A stretch of 63,357 nt of DNA, the filler included, from Octopus bimaculoides (lineage: Eukaryota), in NCBI RefSeq assembly GCF_001194135.2. It is 5 parts of 4 records of this genome, joined end to end, with 100 filler letters (N's around TTAATTAATTAA, not from the genome) between each part and the next. Parts side by side here need not be neighbours in the genome. Positions count along the whole stretch, not along the records: positions 44,533 to 58,631 come from NC_068987.1; positions 58,732 to 61,308 come from NC_068996.1; positions 61,409 to 63,357 come from NC_068986.1; 2 more parts are not named here. The stretch is one strand, 5' to 3'. Under the pieces are notes generated by a model that saw nothing but the letters and a program-made list of their open reading frames with translations, did no database searches and was not told the DNA's origin. Position numbers and translations under genes: made by a program. Below are positions 51,323 to 62,950 of this stretch, piece after piece; position 1 is the first letter of the stretch; each line of letters opens with the position of its first letter.

Positions 51323-52872
51323 TTAAAGTTTAATTATCCCATCAGCTAGCTTCACACAATCCAAACATACATCCAGGATGACATTCTAGTCACCTACTAG
51401 TACTAAAGAATGGGACATCCCAAGGAAAACTTCCGAGGCCTGAAGAAATCTGCTGCCATATTCCAGTCATGGCATACACAGCGACTAGTCTAAAAGTACC
51501 ATTTCGCTACCATTCATGTCTAGGCTCTCCAACTTACTGTCCAGGTCCAAGGGATTGACTGTATCACGAGGCCCAGTCCTTTCTGGAACTGCACCATCAC
51601 CCTACCACCCCATTCTGAATCAAGCATGTGAAGATCTCAAAATCACCAAAAATGGGTGCTAAGGTATGCATCAGAAATCCTCATCTCACTGATGGCTATC
51701 ACATCTAAACCTAGTAACCTGAAATCAGTGAGCAAGTTAACCTGCTTCCAGGGTAACTCCTGGCCATGTGCATTTATACTACCCACTCTTAAAATTGCCA
51801 TTGTTGGCTGGAAAGAAAGGGGAAAAAAGTAGTTACCTCATTAAAGGTTTTCTGCGAGGCACTCAGGTATGTGAAAATGTTTTCTGTATGGTGTTCCTTG
51901 GGGAAACCCTGTAGTAGCCTATCTGAGGTTGTGATGCTTGTATTCCAAATATCATGTAAGAAACTCTCTCATTTCTTTGTAATAACTAATTGCGTAAAGA
52001 CATGTGAAACAGCCGATGGTAGGCTTTTATGCAAAAAAATCAAAAAACAAACTGAGGTATTCTGTAAACAATTTGAAATGGAAAAATTTCAATAAATATC
52101 TGTGGCAAAAATTCTAATTACAGTTTTTGTATCTTCTTTTCACTGCTGCTGCTGTTAATAATTGTATTGATGCTCTAAATTTTTTGCTAAGCTTTTCAGC
52201 GGAAAAACCATGAATAAATTATTTTTTTTTAACTGAATANNNNNNNNNNNNNNNNNNNNNNNNNNNNNNNNNNNNNNNNNNNNNNNNNNNNNNNNNNNNN
52301 NNNNNNNNNNNNNNNNNNNNNNNNNNNNNNNNNNNNNNNNNNNNNNNNNNNNNNNNNNNNNNNNNNNNNNNNNNNNNNNNNNNNNNNNNNNNNNNNNNNN
52401 NNNNNNNNNNNNNNNNNNNNNNNNNNNNNNNNNNNNNNNNNNNNNNNNNNNNNNNNNNNNNNNNNNNNNNNNNNNNNNNNNNNNNNNNNNNNNNNNNNNN
52501 NNNNNNNNNNNNNNNNNNNNNNNNNNNNNNNNNNNNNNNNNNNNNNNNNNNNNNNNNNNNNNNNNNNNNNNNNNNNNNNNNNNNNNNNNNNNNNNNNNNN
52601 NNNNNNNNNNNNNNNNNNNNNNNNNNNNNNNNNNNNNNNNNNNNNNNNNNNNNNNNNNNNNNNNNNNNNNNNNNNNNNNNNNNNNNNNNNNNNNNNNNNN
52701 NNNNNNNNNNNNNNNNNNNNNNNNNNNNNNNNNNNNNNNNNNNNNNNNNNNNNNNNNNNNNNNNNNNNNNNNNNNNNNNNNNNNNNNNNNNNNNNNNNNN
52801 NNNNNNNNNNNNNNNNNNNNNNNNNNNNNNNNNNNNNNNNNNNNNNNNNNNNNNNNNNNNNNNNNNNNNNNN

Positions 52873-52990
52873 TTCAGTGCCACCGCGTGGCACCTTGGGC
52901 AAGTGTCTTCTGCTATAGCCCTGAGCCGACCGAAGCTTTGTGATTGAATTTGGTAGGCGAAAGTTACTGCCGTGTGTGTATATGTCTGTG
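52873..52990 (+). mobile_element. SINE family B middle (CORE-like GCACCTTGGGCAAGTGTCTT)
   Basis: Aligns with 56575-56650. Confidence 0.85.
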
Positions 52991-53785
52991 TATGTGCTTG
53001 TGCCTCTCTCCAAAAGAGAGAGAGGGGGGATATATATATATATATATATTCTGAAAAATGCATTTATTTTAAAATATCACACTATTAAGTTAATCGCACA
53101 AATGTTGATACAGTTATGATTATAAAATGGTATTAGGAAGTTGTAATACATTCTCACCTGTACAAATATATGTGGTTAAATAATGTATTTCTTTCATAGA
53201 ATACATATAAAAGTGATGCACTAGACTTCTTCATTGTCATCAACACCACTTTCTATCTGCTTTCTATGCTATCATGGGTTGCATATGCCTTCACAGTTTT
53301 GAGTTAGTTCTTACTACCTACTCTTGTAGACCAGAACCCAATGTTTCATTTTGAATAGGTTTCAACAGCTGGATACCATTCCCATCACTAATCACTTTAC
53401 TGAGAGTAACAGCACTAGAAGTTGCCACATACTTGGCAAGACAAGACTGGAGAACCCTTTTAACCATGAATTTTCTCTGCTTGCTTGCAACCATTTTACA
53501 GTGTGTACTGGGTGCATGTTTCATGAGACCAGTTCTAATGTGGTTGACTAGTCCTTGGTGAAAATAAAGGTAAATATAATTATAGCATTTTCTGAGAATG
53601 ACCAAGATCAGGAATGTCTGTAAAAGCATTTTTGTTGTGTATATTCGTGCTTAAGTCACATTTTGGAGAAGAAAAATTGTTATAGAATTCCCAATAATAC
53701 AGCTTCTTTCCTGCATGAATAAATTTATAAATAGTTAAGCTATATGTTGTAACAAAGAATGGTTTACTACATATCACATTGATAT

Positions 53786-55816
53786 TTATGGTTTTTGTCT
53801 TGTATGAATACGTTTGTGAACAGTTACATCACCACTTCCCGTGAATGATTTACCACAAATATCACAATGATATGGTTTCTCTCCTGTATGAATGCGTTTG
53901 TGTTTAGTTAAGCTACACATCACAGAGAAAGAGTTACCACAAATGTCACAATGATACGGCTTTTCCCCTGTATGAACACGCTTGTGGGTAGTTAAATCAC
54001 CTTTCCTAGAGAATGACTTACCACAGATATCACATTCATATGGCTTGTATCCTGTATGAATACGCATGTGTATAGTTAAGTCACTATTTCTTGAGAATGA
54101 TTTACCACAGATATCACAGTGATATGGCTTCTCCCCTGTATGAATGCGCTTGTGTCCACTTAAGTGACCTATTTGAGAGAATGATTTACCACAAATTTCA
54201 CAATGGTATTGCTTATCTCCTGTATGTATACGTTTGTGAGTAGTTAATTCACAACTCTGAGAAAATGATTTACCACAGATATCACAGTGATATGGCTTCT
54301 CTCCTGTATGAATACGTTTGTGAGTAGTCAATTTACCACGTTGAGAGAAAGATTTACCACAGACATCACAGGGATATGGCTTCTCTCCAGTATGAGTACG
54401 TTTGTGTTTAGTTAAGTCACTATTTTGACTGAATGTTTTGCCACAAATGTTACAGTAATATGAACGCTCTCCTGTATGAATTAGTTTGTGTTTAGTCAGA
54501 TTACTTTTTCCACAGAATGATTTGCCACAGATATCACAGCTATATGGCTTCTCTCCTGTATGTATACGTTTGTGAGTAGTTAAACTGGATGCGACAGAGA
54601 ATGATTTACCACAGATATTACAGGGATATGGCTTCTCTCCTGTATGAATGCGCCTGTGAGTAGTCAATTCACCACTTCTAGAGAATGATTTACCACAGAT
54701 ATCACAGTGGTATGGCTTTTCTCCTGTATGAATGCGTCTGTGAGTAGTTAAGTCAACATTATAAGAGAATGATTTACCACAAACGTCACAGTGATATGGT
54801 TTCTCCCCTGTATGAATGCGTTTGTGTCCAGTTAAATGACTTAGTCGGGAGAACAATTTGCCACAGATATCACAGTGATATGGTTTCTCTCCTGTATGAA
54901 TTTGTTTGTGTTTAGTTAAGTTACCTTTTCCAGTGAATGATTTACCACAGATATCACAGTGATATGGTTTTTCTCCTGTATGAATGCGTTTGTGTATAGT
55001 TAAGTCAGTTACTCGACAGAATGATTTGTCACAGATATTACAGTGATGTGGTTTCTCTCCTGTATGAATATATTTATGGGCAGTTAAGTCACTACTCCGA
55101 GAGAATGATTTACCACAGATATTACAATGATGTAGATTTTCTCCCGTATGAGTATATCTGTGTTTAGTTAAGTTACTTCTTCCAGAAAATGATTTACCAC
55201 AGATATCACAGTAATGGGGCTTTTCTCCTGTATGAATACGTTTGTGAGAAGCTACACTTCCTCTTTCAGTAAATGATTTACCACAGATATCACAGTGATA
55301 TGGCCTTTCTCCAGTATGAACACGTTTGTGAACAATCAAGCAACCATTTCGAGAGAATGCTTTACCACATATATCACAGCAATATGGCTTCTCCCCTGTA
55401 TGAATCCGTTTGTGCCGAGTTAAATTACTTGATCCGGAGAATGATTTACCACACGTTTCACAGTGATATTGTCTGCCTCCTGTATGAATACGTATATGAG
55501 TTTTAAGGTCAATGCTTTTAGAGAATGATATGCCACAAGTATCACAGTGATATAGACTCTCCTCTTTATAAATATATTTCTGCATAGTTAATTCCCCATC
55601 CTGAGAAAACAATTTACCACAGATATCACAATGATCTGGTTTCTCTCCTGTATGAATGTGTTCATGTCTACTTAGGTCAGTTTTCTGAGAAAATAACTTC
55701 TTACAGATACAACAGTGATATGCTGTTTTACCAATCTGTTTTAGCATCTCATCAGAATCAATCCATCTAGATTGTATTTGATATTTCATCTGGTTCTCAC
55801 ATAATTCATTTGCCAT
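53786..55816 (-). CDS. tandem C2H2 zinc-finger protein, 676 aa: 32-aa leader plus 23 x 28-aa repeats (22 intact CxxC/HxxxH, repeat 2 lacks both His)
   Basis: Uninterrupted ORF, canonical HTGEKPY linkers, 32 + 23x28 = 676. No recognisable KRAB, SCAN or BTB domain. Confidence 0.97.
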   Translation of the reverse strand: MANELCENQMKYQIQSRWIDSDEMLKQIGKTAYHCCICKKLFSQKTDLSRHEHIHTGEKPDHCDICGKLFSQDGELTMQKYIYKEESLYHCDTCGISFSKSIDLKTHIRIHTGGRQYHCETCGKSFSGSSNLTRHKRIHTGEKPYCCDICGKAFSRNGCLIVHKRVHTGERPYHCDICGKSFTERGSVASHKRIHTGEKPHYCDICGKSFSGRSNLTKHRYTHTGENLHHCNICGKSFSRSSDLTAHKYIHTGEKPHHCNICDKSFCRVTDLTIHKRIHTGEKPYHCDICGKSFTGKGNLTKHKQIHTGEKPYHCDICGKLFSRLSHLTGHKRIHTGEKPYHCDVCGKSFSYNVDLTTHRRIHTGEKPYHCDICGKSFSRSGELTTHRRIHTGEKPYPCNICGKSFSVASSLTTHKRIHTGEKPYSCDICGKSFCGKSNLTKHKLIHTGERSYYCNICGKTFSQNSDLTKHKRTHTGEKPYPCDVCGKSFSQRGKLTTHKRIHTGEKPYHCDICGKSFSQSCELTTHKRIHTGDKQYHCEICGKSFSQIGHLSGHKRIHTGEKPYHCDICGKSFSRNSDLTIHMRIHTGYKPYECDICGKSFSRKGDLTTHKRVHTGEKPYHCDICGNSFSVMCSLTKHKRIHTGEKPYHCDICGKSFTGSGDVTVHKRIHTRQKP

Positions 55817-56342
55817 AATTTTTTTTTTATTCTGTCACCACAATATAGGGATCTTGTTTTTTCATATTTTATTCCTAATATATACTTCTTCAACTATTTT
55901 CCCATCACCTCAAATCCTCTCAATATTTGAAAATGCTGCAGACAGTCATAAGCTGATTTTATTGAGATTTAAGGATTTCTGGGATAATTATTCCAAGATG
56001 ATTTTTTTGTGACAAAACCTTGACTGGTAATAAGGAACCAACAAAAAAAATGAATCCGTTTATCACAGTATATTCACATGAAATTCTTGCAGAGAAACCA
56101 GTTATATCTGTGGTAAATTTATCCACATTTAAATAGAATGCAAAATTATCTTGTGTATATTCCTGGTAGTGAAGTAGAGAAGTGTTGTTATCAATCTCAG
56201 TTTTAAGAAGAAATATTTCATGATAATTCAACCACAAAATCATATAAAGAGTGTTTCATCTGCTGTGTACAACATTTTCCTTTCAACTTTAAAAGATGAT
56301 GAAAATTGTTGAAAAATTTCAATGCCAATGTTATCTGGTAAT

Positions 56343-56362
56343 CTGAAATTATAAATAAACAA
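56343..56362 (-). promoter_or_regulatory. putative splice acceptor opening the ZNF coding exon
   Basis: Minus strand TTGTTTATTTATAATTTCAG|ATTACC; implies ~526 nt of exonic leader before the ATG at 55816. Confidence 0.45.
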
Positions 56363-56514
56363 TTCAATTTAAAGAGGATACTTAGAAACACAGGATATGC
56401 ATTCCTATACTGTAAATAAGCTCTAGATACAAACCTTTATGTGAATAATTGACTTAACTTTATAATTTGTCATGAAAAATTTATATCAGACTACTTCATG
56501 TGAATTCTTCAAGT

Positions 56515-56904
56515 GCAGGTGTGACTGTGTGGTAAGAAGCTTGCTTCCCAACCACAAGGTTCGGGTTTAGTCCCACTGTGTGGCACCTCGGGCAAGTGTC
56601 TTCTACTATAGCCTTGGGTTGACCAAAGCCTTGATTTGGTAGACAGAAACTGAAGGAAGCCCATCATATACATATATCTATGTGTGTGTGTCTTTGTGTC
56701 TGTGTTTGTCACACATACACACCACTTGACAACTGGTGCTGGTGTGTTGTTACCATAACTTAGTGGTTCAGCAAAAGAATTGATAGAATAAGCAGCAGGC
56801 TTAAAAAATAAGTCTTGGGGTCAAATCATTTGACTAAACAATTCTCCAAAGTGGTGCCCCTGCATGGCTGCAGTCTAATGACCGAAACAAGTAAAAGAAA
56901 AGAT
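56515..56904 (+). mobile_element. SINE family B, full length, with internal TA/GT microsatellite
   Basis: tRNA-like head, CORE-like GCACCTCGGGCAAGTGTC, AAAAG(A/T) tail; antisense to the ZNF gene. Confidence 0.9.
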
Positions 56905-57089
56905 TGCAAACTCCACCTACACTTTTAGATTGTGTTCTATAGTATATTTTAAATGACAGAATAGCAGAACTTGAAATTCTTCTTTCTATAGAGATGTCAT
57001 TAGTCATTCCTTAGGGGTTTAGTTCTGGATTAGCCCTGATGCAGCAGACCTATGATCAAAAAAGTTTTGAGCTTTTAATAAGACAATTA

Positions 57090-57240
57090 AATCATGTTTG
57101 GCAGAATCTTTAGAATATCAGACCAAATACATTGCATTATTTGTTCCAGCTCTCTTCACTTTTAGCTCAAATCCCACTGAGGTTAACTTTGCTTCTCACA
57201 CCTTTGGGGTTAATAAACAAAGTACCAGCCCAGAGCTGGT
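57090..57240 (+). mobile_element. old CpG-decayed SINE family A relic
   Basis: GAGGTTAACTTTGCTTCTCACACCTTTGGGGTTAATAAACAAAGTACCAG equals the family A core with CpG transitions. Confidence 0.65.
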
Positions 57241-57677
57241 GCAACCCTCTCTCCCTCTGGCTGTGATGTCACAGCTGTTCTGCTAGTTCAAAGGTAGAAG
57301 AAGGCTCAAGGTCTCTTTAGGTACTCACAATTATACAGGCACCAAAACCCATTTGTAAAAGCATGGCATTTGTCGATACCAAATCATTCTCAATTGCAGT
57401 TGTAAAGTAAATCTAGGACTACATCATTTGGTAGAGTCCTCCTTTTTTAAGATAGGGTAAGATTAACTGCTTTTTGAAGAATGTGAAAAGAATCTTTGTA
57501 GTAAATTGCTTAACCATTTTGATATCAACTTGTTTGAAACTGCCCCTGGTTCTACAATACAAACTACCTATTTTAAAATGAACAGAATTAAAACTGTTCA
57601 TCAAAATTTCATGTAAATTTATGCTCTAAAAAACCAACTTAATAGTAACAAAAGGAATATGGTGAAGTTCAAGCACC

Positions 57678-57963
57678 AGATCTATTTTAAAACGGGGGCA
57701 CCAGTTTTCATTTATGTTTTATGTAGTGTTTTTGGTACCGAAAGACTTTCAAACTTCGTATACTTATCTATTTTGTGTTATAGAACAGAAAAAAATTTTT
57801 GTATTCGAATTTAACTTTAACATGGAATAACTTGCGAATTCCTTTTTTTTTTGTTAAGAAATTTAAGAGTAAAAGATGTTTTATATGACACATTCTACCA
57901 GTGTCCCAAGTTTCAAAGTGTTTCGTTAGGAAAATACTGGTGCCCCCGTTTTAAAATAGATCC
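57678..57963. mobile_element. MITE, 286 bp, 28-bp TIRs, 8-bp TSD (Merlin- or MULE-like)
   Basis: TIR (A/G)GATCTATTTTAAAACGGGGGCACCAGT, 27/28 identical; TSD CAAGCACC at 57670-57677 and 57964-57971. Confidence 0.92.
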
Positions 57964-58064
57964 CAAGCACCTGTTCTGTTTCTATCAGTAGCACTTCGTT
58001 TACACTTTATCCATCCAGACCAATGAAACATCTCTCATGAACTAATCTAGTTATGTGGAAGCGG

Positions 58065-58260
58065 GGTTCCTGGCCTAGTGATGTGTTCTCGAACAAAACA
58101 CTTCGTTTCACATTACTCTAGTTCTCTCAGACGAAATTTAGTACCAGCTAATTACTGGAGGTCAATTCCAGCGGCGGGACAGTTGTCTCATTCAGGAAGA
58201 GAGAGTGCTGAACGCTCTGTCGTTCATATGCCATGGAAACTGGAAGAAGCTCCAACCTAA
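58065..58260 (+). mobile_element. old SINE relic resembling family D
   Basis: GTGTTCTCGAACAAAACACTTCGTTTCACATTACTCTAGTTCTCTCAG resembles the 38056-38100 segment. Confidence 0.4.
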
Positions 58261-59135
58261 ATGACCTGTAGGTTCACGACAGACCTCAGATATTAATCTA
58301 AGGACGAATGTCGAAAAAAAACAACATTTTTTACCTCATCTGCGGATATAATACAAAACACATTGTTTTCCATAAAGTGATAATATATTGAACTAAACAT
58401 GCTCTTTAAGGATCACTGGAAGAAGTTATTAACATTTTTTTTTTCTTAGTAAAACATTAGAATCTGAGAAGTTCCCATCTTTCTCACATCACTTTGTTAA
58501 AGACAAATGACTTGTCAAAGTTGAAGGATGAAGAAATTCGGACTCATAGAGTTTCTATTTGTATTGTTTGAAGGCTTAACATAAACTCAGAATTTTTTAA
58601 AGAAAAGATTAAACATAAATATAGGTATCTTNNNNNNNNNNNNNNNNNNNNNNNNNNNNNNNNNNNNNNNNNNNNTTAATTAATTAANNNNNNNNNNNNN
58701 NNNNNNNNNNNNNNNNNNNNNNNNNNNNNNNCACTTACTGTTATAGTTTCTTCAATGAGAATATTGACCAAGGTTACCGTGGTCTTTTCCGTAGGCTTTT
58801 CTTTCCACTGCTAAACCTAAACTGTCCTCCCCTCTTTTTACACGAGAACATTACTGTGTGATACACGATCCCTATTGATCGCTCTTTTTTTTTTTTCTCT
58901 TTCCTTCCCCCTCCTAAAAAGAAAAGCTCTACATTGTATTTGTCCCATCTTTGTTGAGCCCTGTGTGGCTAATAAAAGAAATGTATCTATCCCTCACTCT
59001 ATCTCCAAATGTCTCCGTCTACGTATCAATGCGTTTATTCTTAACATTAGTGCTACATTTCCTCACGAATTTTTCAATTTCTATTTCTTTCTTATCTTTT
59101 TCTGATTTAACCACTCCTTTCTTTCATCCTTTCCT

Positions 59136-59181
<46 letters not shown>

Positions 59182-59499
59182 TTTCTTCCTTCCTTCTGTC
59201 CTACCTTTCTTTCTTTTTTCCTTTCTTTCTTTCTCCCTTCCGTCATTATTTCTTTCTTTTTCTTCCTTTCTCACTCTTAACTAATTTTCCTTCCTTTATT
59301 TTATATCCTTTCTCTCCATTATCCTTTTGTTCTCGTTTTCGTTTCCCCATCTTTGGTCCTACACCTCTAGTAACTAACACGATACGATACGCTCCTAATT
59401 CCACAACGTTCTTTGTTTCTAACGCCATAAATAGAATAAAACCTCATTAGAAGCTACGATTAACTTAACTAACAGTTTTCCATCAACTGATAACTGTCC

Positions 59500-59942
59500 A
59501 ATTTAGTAATTATTAGCCATGATTGCCAACTGTATTCACCACTATCTTACAGCTACCATCCACACCACTACAGTTCCGAAATCGCTGGTGCTACCAATAC
59601 CATCATCACCATTACAAAACGGCGTATCAATACCGCCAAAACCAAAATGAATACGGCCATTACAAATTACCTGCGTTAGTAAGGCCAACCCGTTGCATCG
59701 ATTTCCACTTAGAAACACCATCGTCGTCTTCATCATCATCAACAACAACAACAACAACCGAACGACCATCCATTACGGTCAATGGCCACTCATCATCGAT
59801 ACAAATATCAAGATCGAAACACAATCTAGCTCATTTCTATCATCACACCAACATTATGCCGTCAAACTGACCATTAACAACGTTATCATTAACATCAATA
59901 ATCCCTTTTCAATGTCATTCCAAACACCATTATTGTGATAAA

Positions 59943-60018
<76 letters not shown>

Positions 60019-60069
60019 TCTACTGCCACTACCGCTGCTGTTGCTGCTATTGTTACTGCTGCTGCTGCT
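59500..60069. repeat. decayed CAC/CAT/AAC low-complexity tract ending in (ACT)n-(GCT)n
   Basis: Read directly from sequence. Confidence 0.9.
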
Positions 60070-60270
60070 GCAAACGTAAACAGACTGTATATGAAAAGAA
60101 AGAATGGTGGCAGAGGACTAATTAGTATAGGCCATTGTATAAGGAGTGAAAGGAGAATGCTTGCCGAGTATTTGATAAATAGTGATGAAGACTTGCTGCA
60201 ATATGCCGCGAAAGATATGGATGTAAAGGCAGATGAAATTATGGGCAAAGAAGAGTTTAACCAAAGAGTT
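60070..60270 (+). mobile_element. R4/Dong-like post-RT fragment
   Basis: ANVNRLYMKRKNGGRGLISIGHCIRSE... (RLY..R..GGRGL motif); 5' junction in (GCT)n; cut by a gap. Confidence 0.75.
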
Positions 60271-60954
60271 NNNNNNNNNNNNNNNNNNNNNNNNNNNNNN
60301 NNNNNNNNNNNNNNNNNNNNNNNNNNNNNNNNNNNNNNNNNNNNNNNNNNNNNNNNNNNNNNNNNNNNNNNNNNNNNNNNNNNNNNNNNNNNNNNNNNNN
60401 NNNNNNNNNNNNNNNNNNNNNNNNNNNNNNNNNNNNNNNNNNNNNNNNNNNNNNNNNNNNNNNNNNNNNNNNNNNNNNNNNNNNNNNNNNNNNNNNNNNN
60501 NNNNNNNNNNNNNNNNNNNNNNNNNNNNNNNNNNNNNNNNNNNNNNNNNNNNNNNNNNNNNNNNNNNNNNNNNNNNNNNNNNNNNNNNNNNNNNNNNNNN
60601 NNNNNNNNNNNNNNNNNNNNNNNNNNNNNNNNNNNNNNNNNNNNNNNNNNNNNNNNNNNNNNNNNNNNNNNNNNNNNNNNNNNNNNNNNNNNNNNNNNNN
60701 NNNNNNNNNNNNNNNNNNNNNNNNNNNNNNNNNNNNNNNNNNNNNNNNNNNNNNNNNNNNNNNNNNNNNNNNNNNNNNNNNNNNNNNNNNNNNNNNNNNN
60801 NNNNNNNNNNNNNNNNNNNNNNNNNNNNNNNNNNNNNNNNNNNNNNNNNNNNNNNNNNNNNNNNNNNNNNNNNNNNGATACACCAAAATTGAAAGCAATC
60901 TGTGCAAAATTAAAGGGCGCTCATTATGCATATGAGAAAGACTAGATCCAGACA

Positions 60955-60978
60955 AACTACTACTACTACTATTACTAC

Positions 60979-61019
<41 letters not shown>

Positions 61020-61219
61020 ATGATGAAGATTCTGCTGCGGCAGCGGCAGCGGGAGCTATCGCAACACTTTGGAAAATCATTTTTATTTCAAATAGTACCA
61101 CCACCACCACCACCACTACCACCACCACTATCCTCGTCATCCTCATCACCATCACCATTATCGTCGTCGTCGTCATCATCATCATCATCTTCATCAACAT
61201 CATTACCACCACCACCACC

Positions 61220-61252
<33 letters not shown>

Positions 61253-61308
61253 GTCATCATCCATACCATACCATCGTCATCGTCATCATCGTCATCGTCA
61301 TCATCGTC
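60955..61308. repeat. compound trinucleotide microsatellite (ACT/GCT/GAT/CAC/CAT/CGT)
   Basis: Read directly from sequence. Confidence 0.95.
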
Positions 61309-61434
61309 NNNNNNNNNNNNNNNNNNNNNNNNNNNNNNNNNNNNNNNNNNNNTTAATTAATTAANNNNNNNNNNNNNNNNNNNNNNNNNNNNNNNNNNNN
61401 NNNNNNNNTATATATATATATATGTATATGTATA

Positions 61435-61585
61435 TAGGCAGGAGTGGCTGTGCGGTAAGAAACTTGATTCCCAACCACATGGTTCCGGGTTCAGTCCCAC
61501 TGCGTGGCACCTTGAGCCTCTATCTTATACTGTAGCATCGGGCCAACCAAAGCCTTGTGAGTTGATTTGTAGACGGAAACTGAAT
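61435..61585 (+). mobile_element. SINE family B 5' half
   Basis: GGCAGGAGTGGCTGTGCGGTAAG...GGTTCAGTCCCACTGCGTGGCACCTTG. Confidence 0.85.
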
Positions 61586-61649
61586 ATGTATATATGTATG
61601 TATGTATTATCAATTTGTGTGTCTGTTTCTCTCCCCATATGTATACACA

Positions 61650-62165
61650 TGTATATATGGGTACAGTACGTCAACAATAAACAAACATGAAATACGAAAA
61701 CAAATGAGATAAATACGCAAACAACGAGAGAAACAAATGGAAAGCAGGACAAGCAACATAAAGAACGACCCTTCATCGGTTGTCGGCTGTCTATCTACTC
61801 CTTATTTCGAGCATTGAACGACAATCTATTTCTCTTGTCAAAGAAAATATTTCTCCTGCGTTCCAGTCTAACGACCCTCCATGTTTGTTTTCGTTCAGTT
61901 TCCTTGTATGTCTCCACTTGTTCCCAAATTTGTTCCCAAATTTGACGCTCCATAAATCCCAAATTTTATTTTGGTACTTATGGAAGCAACTGTCTTCGAA
62001 GACTTACATTGCCGTTCAATGCTCGAAATGAGGAGTAGATTGACAGCCGATAGCTGATGAAGTGTCGTTTTTTAAGTTACTTGTCCTGTTTTCAATTTAT
62101 TTCTCTCGCTGTTTTCGCATTTCATGTTTGTATACAGTTAGTGATATCTTGTACCCATATATATA
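61650..62165. mobile_element. inverted repeat pair (~170-bp arms, ~180-bp spacer), Penelope-pLTR-like
   Basis: 61771-61825 versus 62008-62062 match at 49/55; homology extends outward to GTACCCATATA. Confidence 0.75.
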
Positions 62166-62912
62166 CCCATGTATATATATANNNNNNNNNNNNNNNNNNN
62201 NNNNNNNNNNNNNNNNNNNNNNNNNNNNNNNNNNNNNNNNNNNNNNNNNNNNNNNNNNNNNNNNNNNNNNNNNNNNNNNNNNNNNNNNNNNNNNNNNNNN
62301 NNNNNNNNNNNNNNNNNNNNNNNNNNNNNNNNNNNNNNNNNNNNNNNNNNNNNNNNNNNNNNNNNNNNNNNNNNNNNNNNNNNNNNNNNNNNNNNNNNNN
62401 NNNNNNNNNNNNNNNNNNNNNNNNNNNNNNNNNNNNNNNNNNNNNNNNNNNNNNNNNNNNNNNNNNNNNNNNNNNNNNNNNNNNNNNNNNNNNNNNNNNN
62501 NNNNNNNNNNNNNNNNNNNNNNNNNNNNNNNNNNNNNNNNNNNNNNNNNNNNNNNNNNNNNNNNNNNNNNNNNNNNNNNNNNNNNNNNNNNNNNNNNNNN
62601 NNNNNNNNNNNNNNNNNNNNNNNNNNNNNNNNNNNNNNNNNNNNNNNNNNNNNNNNNNNNNNNNNNNNNNNNNNNNNNNNNNNNNNNNNNNNNNNNNNNN
62701 NNNNNNNNNNNNNNNNNNNNNNNNNNNNNNNNNNNNNNNNNNNNNNNNNNNNNNNNNNNNNNNNNNNNNNNNNNNNNNNNNNNNNNNNNNNNNNNNNNNN
62801 NNNNNNNNNNNNNNNNNNNNNNNNNNNNNNNNNNNNNNNNNNNNNNNNNNNNNNNNNNNNNNNNNNNNNNNNNNNNNNNNNNNNNNNNNNNNNNNNNNNN
62901 NNNNNNNNNNNN

Positions 62913-62950
<38 letters not shown>

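Noticed and set aside
55273-55506. 77-aa plus-strand ORF inside the ZNF gene
   Set aside because: Antisense shadow of the zinc-finger repeat.
59935-61364. Poly-Thr/Ala/Asp/Ser ORFs
   Set aside because: Translations of trinucleotide microsatellites.
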